64,000 bases of DNA from Octopus vulgaris (lineage: Eukaryota), in assembly GCA_951406725.2 (NCBI GenBank), contig OX597816.1, positions 94,054,001 to 94,118,000 on the forward strand, given 5' to 3'. The translations under genes were made by a program, and so were the position numbers. The notes below the pieces were generated by a model. That model had not been told where the DNA came from. It did no database searches and worked only from the letters and a program-made list of their open reading frames with translations. Numbering within the stretch: the stretch's first letter is position 1; every line of letters begins with the position of its first letter. This document shows, one piece after another, positions 55,493 through 64,000 of the stretch.

Positions 55493-55743
55493 CTTCAAAA
55501 GATTTGTTATAACAAAAATAACAAAACGAAGAATCAATAGAACTAATGAGTGCAGCCTAAGCATTTTCCAGCAACTAATCCTTTAGAGCAGTGATGTACT
55601 AGCTCTATTACAATGTCTAGGATCATGCTTGATCTAGAACTAAGAGTAAAGTGAAAGTACATGGTATAGTGAAAGAAAAAGCAATATAAAAGCAGACATC
55701 ACTTAAACAAAAGAAAAACCATAACCATTGAAAAAAAACATAC

Positions 55744-55788
55744 CCCAAAGCAATCCCAGAACTGCATTTGGATTTGTACCTGTGAGGA
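55744..55788 (-). CDS. COG3: Candidate COG3 cassette exon (45 nt, or 36 nt from the acceptor at 55779)
   Basis: ttcttttatttctcactcag|TCCTCACAG|GTACAAATCC...CTTTGGG|gtatgt; both forms are phase 1->1 and stop-free (FLTGTNPNAVLGLLW or CTNPNAVLGLLW). Confidence 0.5.
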
Positions 55789-57361
55789 CTGAGTGAGAAA
55801 TAAAAGAATTAGATATTGCAAGAAAACCAATCAGTAATTATAGACAACACTATTTTTTGAGTTTACAGTTTACAGGTTGACAGTACTAAACTTGAAACCT
55901 TTGAAATGAGATATGTACTGGACTACTTCATATTTCAGAAAGACCAATGATTAGATAGTAGAGTCATAAATATAAGAAGTTCCAGCACTATTAGTGTCAA
56001 AATAAATCTGAAGATTTTTTTTTGAGAAGCTTGTGTAATAAGAAAGTAAACAAGTTTATTTAATGCCCATCAGTAAACCTGTTTTCAACTGCAGTTTTTG
56101 TTGTTGCTTAGCCTCACATTCACCCTGACTGAGCTGATCTGTGAACAAAGGTATTTCAACCATGAGCTGGATTGGCTTTGTTTATAAAGTACACAATCCA
56201 ATGTGTTTTTCCTGTTTTTTTTTCTTTTTTCAAGAAAGGAAAATGATTTGAAAGAGATTTGGTTGCTTTTTCTAGCAGGTCAGATAATCACATAGAGGCC
56301 CTTTTGATAGTTCAGTCATCTTCAGTTAACTGAGCTTTTTAATGACACAAAACAAGATAAAAGAGAATTAGGATTAGACAAATACCTGGAGTGGGGGCAG
56401 GTGAATGATAAGGAGGCTGTAGGCTAGAGTAATATTAAGTTAGTGATAGCTAATATTAGATATATTGGTTTCAAATTTTGGCACAAAGCCAGCAAGTTCG
56501 GGGGAGGGGGTAAGTTGATTACATCAACCTCAGTGCTCAACTGGTACTTATTTTATCAATGCCAAAAGGATGAAAGGCAAAGTCAACCCTGGCAGAATTT
56601 GAACTCAGAATATAGAGACAAACTAAATCCATACCAAGCATTTTGCCCAGATATATTATGAACACAAATTATATTCCATGACGAAAACTTTTACATTTGA
56701 CAGTTTCAAGATTCAGAATTGTCAACCTATATATTATAAATTATTGTCTTAAACAACCAAAAAATGAACTGCTACTTCATTAAAACACAAAATGTACGTA
56801 ACTGTTGTACATCATACAATAACATTTATATGGCTATGATATGTTTATAACACACTATATAAATATATATACTTGTGGTAATCATAAATCAGTTAATATT
56901 CTTTTATTCTTTTACTTGTTTCAGTTTCAGTCATATGACTGCAGCTATGCTGAAGCACCACCTTTAGCCACACAAATCGTCCCCAGGAATTGTTCTTTGT
57001 AAGCCTAGTAATTATTCTATCGGTCTCTTTTGCTGAACTGCTAAGTTATATTCATCAGACATTATAACATTCCTCTTTTCAAGAGAAGAATACCAGTCTT
57101 CGCTTGAATAAAGGAGTCGGACCTACAGTAATAACTTCATCTGACTATTCACTAGTTGCTTACCTATGATTTTATGCATATATCACCTGTCTATTATGGT
57201 TATTATGTATCTCTTGGCTTCCTGAAAGAACTTTTGAGATAAAGCATTACATAATTTCAATATCTATTGTTTTCTTTATTTTTATTCTGTATTTTTGTAC
57301 TTCATGTAAATGTATGTATCAAGCCTAATTGTTTCTCAACCTTACAACACATACATAATTT

Positions 57362-57397
<36 letters not shown>

Positions 57398-57398
57398 A

Positions 57399-57961
57399 TG
57401 AGGTCTCAAAAAGTATCAGGACTGTTGCTATAGTAACAGAGCTGAAGTACACAGAGTGAATGAAGTCACTTGGCACAGATTGACCTTGAGCTCTGTCATA
57501 CATGCACATTAAGTTATGATGTTCTTGCTTACTTTCATTATTTACAGCAGTGCTTGGAAGTAAAAGTGTACAGAGTGTTGTCATCTCAAAAACAAGATCA
57601 GATTTCAGCAGTGCAGGATCTCTTTGACTGTATCAAAGAAGACGAAAACGTTTTGAAAATGGTCATAATAGGTAATAAATCATGGGTCTATGACTAAGAC
57701 CCTAAAACAAAGGCTCACTCTTCACAGTGGAAGACCCCAAATATATCTCAAAACATCAAGGAAATTCAAGAGATTGCAACAAGGCAGCTGCTTGCTATCC
57801 CAAAAAAGGCATTCCAGAAATGCTTCCATCAATGGAAACAAAACTCAATATAGTGTGTGGTTCAGAAGGGGACTACTTTGAAGGAGATTAAATGCCAAAT
57901 TGCTATGGGTTGTAGTTTTTGGTATATAGCAGCATTCCTGATATTTTTTGATCAGATCTCA
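57399..57961 (+). mobile_element. Degenerate mariner relic
   Basis: Imperfect TIRs tgaggtctcaaaaagtatcagga / tcctgatattttttgatcagatctca; IIGNKSWVY (cf. ITGDESWVY). Confidence 0.7.
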
Positions 57962-58041
57962 CATACACTTTATGTCTATATGTATCTTTCTCTCTATCGC
58001 TCTCTCTCATATATAGATTCATTATATACACACACACACAC

Positions 58042-58710
58042 ATCATCATCATCATCATCGTCGTTTAACGTCCGTTCTCCATGCTAGCATGGGTTGGACG
58101 GTTCGACCGGGGTTCTGGGAAGCCAGAAGGCTGCACCAGGCTCCAGTCTAATCTGGCAATGTTTCTACAGCTGGATGCCCTTCCTAACGCCAACCACTCC
58201 GTGAGTGTAGTGGGTGCTTTTTACGTGCCACCTGCACAGGTGCCAGGTGGGGCTGGCAACGGCCACGGTCAGATTGGTGTATTTTATGTGCCACCGGCAC
58301 GGAAGCCAGTCGAGGCGGTGCTGGCATCGGCCGCGAGTCGGATAGTGCTTTTTACGTACCACCAGACCAGGGATCCTGGCTGGTTCAATTCGATTTCGAT
58401 TTCGCTTGTCCCAACATGTCTTCACAAGCAAAGGGGTTGGCAGGTGCCTGTCGTACGGTCGCATTGAGTTTTACGTGCCACGGCCACGAGTCGGATAGTG
58501 CTTTACGTACCACCAGACCAGGGATCCTGGCTGGTTCAATTCGATTTCGATTTCGCTTGCCCCAACATGTCTTCACAAGCAAAGGGGGTTGGCATGGGTG
58601 CCTGTCGTACGGTCGCATTGGAGTATTTTACGTGCCACGGCCACGAGTCGGATAGTGCTTTTTACGTACCACCAGGCCAGGGATCCTGGCTGGTTCAATT
58701 CGGTTTCGAT
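58042..58710 (-). mobile_element. RTE-related 3' UTR fragment with ~155-bp internal repeats
   Basis: Shares the (GAT)n tail and ~170-bp terminus with 62102-62275; gagtcggatagtgc...ggttcaattcg recurs near 58336, 58488 and 58646. Confidence 0.8.
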
Positions 58711-58733
58711 ATGTATACTTGTATGTATGTATG

Positions 58734-58800
<67 letters not shown>

Positions 58801-58963
58801 GACGAGCTTCTGTCAAATCCACTCACAAGGATTTAGTTGACCCAAGGCTATAAAAAAAGACACTTGCCCAAGGTGCCATTCAGTGGGACTGAACCCAGAA
58901 CCATGTGGTTGGGAAGTAAGCTTCTTACCATATAGCCATGCCTGCACCTATATATATATATGT

Positions 58964-59026
<63 letters not shown>

Positions 59027-59210
59027 TTTATCCACAGATGATATGAACAGTAGTGACATCTGATTTCAAATCTCAGTGTTTGAAAGTTTTGCGTATATAT
59101 ATATATATATGTATATATTTATATTATCATTATTAGTATTATTATTATTATTAATTATTTATATATATAACTATATATATATATATACTCATACTTATAT
59201 GTTGTGTGTG

Positions 59211-59249
<39 letters not shown>

Positions 59250-59808
59250 TCATCATCATCATCATCATTTGATGTACTTGTCTGTGCTTTTTTTTTGTGC
59301 CACAGGTACTCGTGAGGTTATGAGGTAACTTGCAAGAGAGAAAAAGAACAGGGGAGAAAAAGGAAAAAGAAAAAAACATCTGCTCCTAAGTGGAGGTGGG
59401 GCATTTAAGAGTGGGAGGTGGTTTTATGCCAGGCATTGAGAGGCTAAATATGATAGAGGGACAAGAATAGATGTCTGGCTATAGAGGAGATATGTGGCTA
59501 CGTAGCGTTATACAGGGGTGGGTGGGAGTTGTTGGGGGGGGAGGAGATAATGAGGGATATGATTGAGTGTCAGAGCAAGCTCTCAAGGCATAAGAAAGTG
59601 AGCGTAAGAGAGGATATGGACAGTGGACGAGGAGCGTTATTAATCCAATTAGCATGCATGTTATTAACCCTCATCTGTTTTTCAAGTAAGAGATCTCTTA
59701 TTTCACATATCTTCAAAGACCTAAAACCAGCAGATGATTTGTTGGCATCAGACATGACAGCAACAGTTAGATATAGCATTTGTTCAGTATTCCAACTCTA
59801 GGGTCTTA

Positions 59809-60154
59809 AAAGTTAAAGACTCCCTTTGGTCATGAATGACCATGGGATTGCACCTAGAAAGTTACCTTCCAAGGCACAAGTCTGGGCAAGGTTGTTTATG
59901 GAAGACCAGCATTTGACCATGCATACCAGCCTCCCCTCCCCTCTCCATGCCACCGATGTTATCCAAGGAAAGAGCAAAGGCCAATATAGTTTGGCACAAG
60001 TGATATCACAACTCATTTCTACAGCTGAATGAACTGGAGCAACGTGAAGTAAAGTGTTTTGCTCAAGAACACAACACACAGCCCAGTCCAGGAATCAAAC
60101 ACACTACCTCGTGATTGGGAGCTCAATGCTCTAACCATTAAGCCATGAGCCTTC
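59809..60154 (-). mobile_element. tRNA-derived SINE with 14-bp target-site duplication
   Basis: actctagggtctta (59795-59808) / actctaggatctta (60155-60168); tRNA-like head and CORE-like gtgttcttgagcaaaacactt. Confidence 0.8.
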
Positions 60155-61219
60155 ACTCTAGGATCTTATTATCCTAAAATTCAAGTCTAAAATTATCAGT
60201 CTATATTTTAAGAGATTGTTATAATAGACTCAGCTGTTACATTGAGCAGATCGCATATAAACAAATAAATCTATCTATTACATATATTTAACATTATAAT
60301 GTCACTGTTGGTTGTAGTTTTCCAGCAAGTCAATCACTAGTTCACTGCATTTATAATGGAAAGAGTGACAAAAGAATATTAGCAACTCTGCATTGCTGGG
60401 GTCACAAGCGAGTTGTTAACCTATTATTTCCACTAGTACTCAACTCTCACTTGTGGCCCCAGCAACGTAGAGGTAGGTGTTGACAGAAGCGTGCATACAG
60501 GCAAACATAAATATATGCATTACAAACATGCAAGTACTCCCTTGATCTGCAAGAACTAGCAGTTAAATATCTTCAATCCACATCTTACCATTTAAGAAAA
60601 GAGTAAATAAGAAAATGTAGTCCTAGATTCATAATGCTTAAATAAAAGATGGAAAGCCTTTGGAGCTGAACATAACAGCATACAGAAGTTAGATTTGTAT
60701 ATTCAGGGAATTCTTTGTATTTGAATAACTCTCTCTCTCTCTCTCTGCATGTGTGTGTGTGAGAGAGAGAGAGAGAGAAAGATAAAGAGAGACTGTATTT
60801 ATATTGGCAGCTCGTAAGTATCAGTTTTCTTTTTATGATTAAGTAAAATGATTAATTATGATGAAAATACATTTCAGATTATTTTTTAAAATAAAGAGTC
60901 AACTAAATGACTTTTCAATGTATATTGTTTGTCACCAACACTTTAATCAAATGCTAACACAATGAATTAATTGAGAGTGAGCCAATAAGGGAGCCTCCAA
61001 TTGGTTAGTTGATCTGCTTGAAATAGCAGCTAAATTTCTTTCAAGTCACACCCTGTCACTGAAAAATATGAACCTGAGTTCCTTGCACATAAGAAAAACA
61101 TATATATAACAGTTGGAACACTTTTGGTCAAAATCTGCTCCATCAGGGCTGGTCTGAAGTCAAACAACAACTGAGAATATTAATGATAGTTAAAAACAAA
61201 AAATTCAATAGCAACTCAC

Positions 61220-61340
61220 ATTTCATTTTGCTAAAATCCAATGATGTTTCTCTAATACTAAAATCAGCCTGGAATGGTGCAATCTGTTCTCGTAGAATCA
61301 GTAAATGTTTTATCATAAACATCTGACCATCTAGTAAGGT
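61220..61340 (-). CDS. COG3: Conserved oligomeric Golgi complex subunit 3, internal exon
   Basis: ttaaag|ACC...AAAT|gtgagt; [40 protein letters not shown] contains the COG3/Sec34 hallmark [14 protein letters not shown]; phase 0->1. Confidence 0.95.
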
Positions 61341-62053
61341 CTTTAAAAAAACAAAGAAAAGCAATGTTGTTGAATTAGTTTTGACATGTTTCACTTTTAA
61401 AGAGTTATAAAAGAAATAGACAAATCAGTAGACTAGTTTATTGATGTAATTTGCATTCAATTCTTCTTAGTTCTCTAAACCACCAAAGTAATTATCAATA
61501 AGATCAATGCTTTATAAAACCATTTTCTCTTTATTCTAACCAGCTTTATTGTCAGTTAAGAAGAGTCACATATCTTCATTTTGTCTTTACAACACAATAA
61601 TGGAAATATAATTTTTTCTACTATAGGCACAAGGCCTGAAATTTTATTTTGGGGAGAGGGGCAAGTTGATTATATCAACTCTAGTGCTGAACTGGTACTT
61701 ATTTCACTGACCTCCAAAAGATGAAAAGCAAAGTCACCCTCAACTGAATTTGAGCTCAGAGGGACGAAATGCTGTTAAGCATTTTGTCCTGTATGTTAAC
61801 AATTCTGCCAGACACAGGTAACCTCACCAAAAATACACACACACATACATATACAAATATAAATATATATGATTGATTGCTAAATCCACAAGATTTTTTT
61901 ATTTTCTCTGTGTTTATTTCCTCATATTCCTTTCTGTTGAAGAGTGTAGGCTCAAAACATAAAACACTTTCTCACTTTCCCGAGTGTCAAACTAATACAC
62001 CTGCTTGTTGTTCATACACCTGTCGTCATCTTTTGCTTTTCTGTAAATTTCAA

Positions 62054-62101
<48 letters not shown>

Positions 62102-62103
<2 letters not shown>

Positions 62104-64000
62104 TCATCATCATCATCATCGTTTAACGTCCGCTTTCCATGCTAGCATGGGTTGGACGGTTCAACTGGGGTCTGGGAAGCCCGAAGGCTGCACCAGGCCA
62201 GTCAGATGTGGCAGTGTTTCTACAGCTGGATGCCCTTCCTAACGCCAACCACTCCGAGAGTGTAGTGGGTGATTTTATGTGCCACCGACACAGGTGCCAG
62301 ACGAGGCTGGCAGACGGCCACGCTCGGATGGTGTTTTTTATGTGCCACCGACACAGGTGCCAGACGAGGCTGGCAGACGGCCACGCTCGGATGGTGTTTT
62401 TTATGTGCCACCGACACAGGTGCCAGACGAGGCTGGCAGACGGCCACGCTCGGATGGTGTTTTCTTATGTGTCACCGACACAGGTGCCAGACGAGGCTGG
62501 CGGACAGCCACGCTCGGATGGTGTTTGTTACGTGCCCTCAGCACGGAGGCCAGTCATTGCGGTACTGGCTACGGTCACGTTCGGATGGTTTTCTTATGTG
62601 CCACCGGCACTGGTACCACAAGGATACAAATTCCATTGATGTTCATCTATTTTGATTTGGTTCGATTTGATTTGATACGATTCGATTCTCACTTGCCTCA
62701 ACAGGTCTTCACAAGTGTCACAAGAAGGAAGGTATGCACAGGTGGACTGACTACGTCCCAGGTAGGGGCCACGGATTATGGCTTCACTAGTCTTGCCTGG
62801 TCTTCTCACGCACAGCATACTTCCATAGGTCTCGGTCTCTAGTCATTTCCATGGTGAGACCTAACGTCCGAAGGTCGTGCTTCACCACCTCGTCCCAGGT
62901 TTTCCTGGGTCTACCTCTTCCACGGGTTCCCTCAACTGCTAGGGATTGGCACTTTCTCACACACCTATCTTCATCCATTCTCGCCACATGACCATACCAG
63001 CGCAATCGTCTCTCTTGCACACAACAACTGATGCTTCTTAGGTACAACATTTCTCTCAAGGTACTAACGCTCTGTCGAGTAAGTACACTGACATTACACA
63101 TCCATCGGAGCATACTGGCTTCGTTCCTCACGAGCTTACGCATGTCCTCAGCAGTCACGGCCCATGTTTCACTGCCATGTAGCATAGCTGTTCGTACACA
63201 TGCATCATACAGTCTGCCTTTTACTCTGAGCGAGAGGCCTTTAGTCACCAGCAGAGGTAAGAGCTCCCTAAACTTTGCCCAGGCTATTCTTATTCTAGCA
63301 GTTACACTTTCAGCGCACCCACCCCCACTACTGACTTGGTCACCTAGATAGCGGAAACTATCAACTACTTCTAGTTTTTCCCCCGGAAAGTGACAGAAGT
63401 TGTTTTCTGCAGATTTTCGGAGGTCAATGCTCCAGAGCACCTGCCACATACAAAAACTATCTTCCCAGTTAGCCTACCTTTGACATTGCTGCACCTCTTA
63501 TGTGTCCATAGCTTACACTGGGTACATCTTATAGAGTTTCTACCTACACCTTTTCTACAGATCGAGCAGGGCCATCTTCCTGATGATATTTGTGGGTTTT
63601 CTACCTTTCTACTTATTAGTACTTTGGTTTTAGCTAGGTTGACTCTAAGGCCCCTCGATTCTAAACCCTCCTTCCACACCTGGAACTTCTCCTCCAGTTC
63701 TGATAGTGACTCAGCGATTAGAGCGAGGTCGTCAGCATAGAGGAGCTCCCAGGGGCAACCTGTCTTGAATTCCTCCGTTATTGCCTGGAGGACTATGATA
63801 AATAGGAGGGGGCTGAGTACTGAACCCTGGTGGACCCCAACCTCTACTTTGAATTCTTCTGTGTACATGTTGCCAACTCTAACCTTACTTACGGCATCTC
63901 TGTACATGGCTTGCACAGCCCTCACCAGCCATTCATCTATCCCTAGTTTCCTCATTGACCACCAGATGAGGGATCGGGGGACCCTATCAAAGGCTTTCTC
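62102..64000 (-). mobile_element. RTE-clade LINE, 3' part (continues beyond the window)
   Basis: GVHQGSVLSPLLF, LLYADDLAL, FRYLG, RRLRWYGHVARM, GRGRPRKTW; one frameshift in the G-run near 63380-63384; 3' UTR with tandem repeats and (GAT)n tail. Confidence 0.92.
62276..62528. repeat. ~63-bp tandem repeat x4 in the RTE 3' UTR
   Basis: tatgtgccaccgacacaggtgccagacgaggctggcagacggccacgctcggatggtgttt recurs near 62276, 62339, 62402 and 62467. Confidence 0.9.

Noticed and set aside
57164-57186. Possible COG3 microexon ending at a GTAAGC donor
   Set aside because: No pyrimidine tract, 23 nt long and contains an in-frame TAG.
61930-61965. Hammerhead-like motif related to 9024-9058
   Set aside because: CUGUUGA and AAAA replace the catalytic core; presumed inactive Penelope-like terminal remnant.
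62276-62528. Regular repeats resembling a CRISPR array
   Set aside because: Contiguous tandem units with no unique spacers, inside a LINE 3' UTR in eukaryotic DNA.

Overview
AT-rich, microsatellite- and retroposon-dense eukaryotic DNA, most likely an octopod cephalopod (inferred from the SINE/LINE repertoire and simple-repeat load, not from a marker gene). Most ORF-track entries are microsatellite noise. Two convergent intron-rich genes could be assembled by hand with consistent GT-AG boundaries and phases. (1) A + strand chordin-like (CHRDL-type) gene: 11 coding exons at 5307-29324, three VWC domains plus a basic C-terminal domain; the signal-peptide exon was not located. (2) The 3' part of COG3 on the - strand: 6 exons from 61340 down to the stop at 39848. 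Introns and intergenic DNA hold an R4/Dong-type RLE LINE with two copies of a TAA-associated non-autonomous element, a young RTE LINE with a PHD finger inside its RT, CR1 and Penelope remnants, mariner/pogo/Tigger relics, MITEs and many tRNA-derived SINEs. Most notable: two frame-preserving candidate microexons (36/45 nt and 18 nt) in the 14.5-kb COG3 intron, followed by four Rbfox UGCAUG motifs; two intact-looking minimal hammerhead ribozymes, both antisense to their host genes; a patchwork templated duplication; and a ~180-bp foldback between the two 3' ends. No database search was possible; all homology calls come from recognised motifs.
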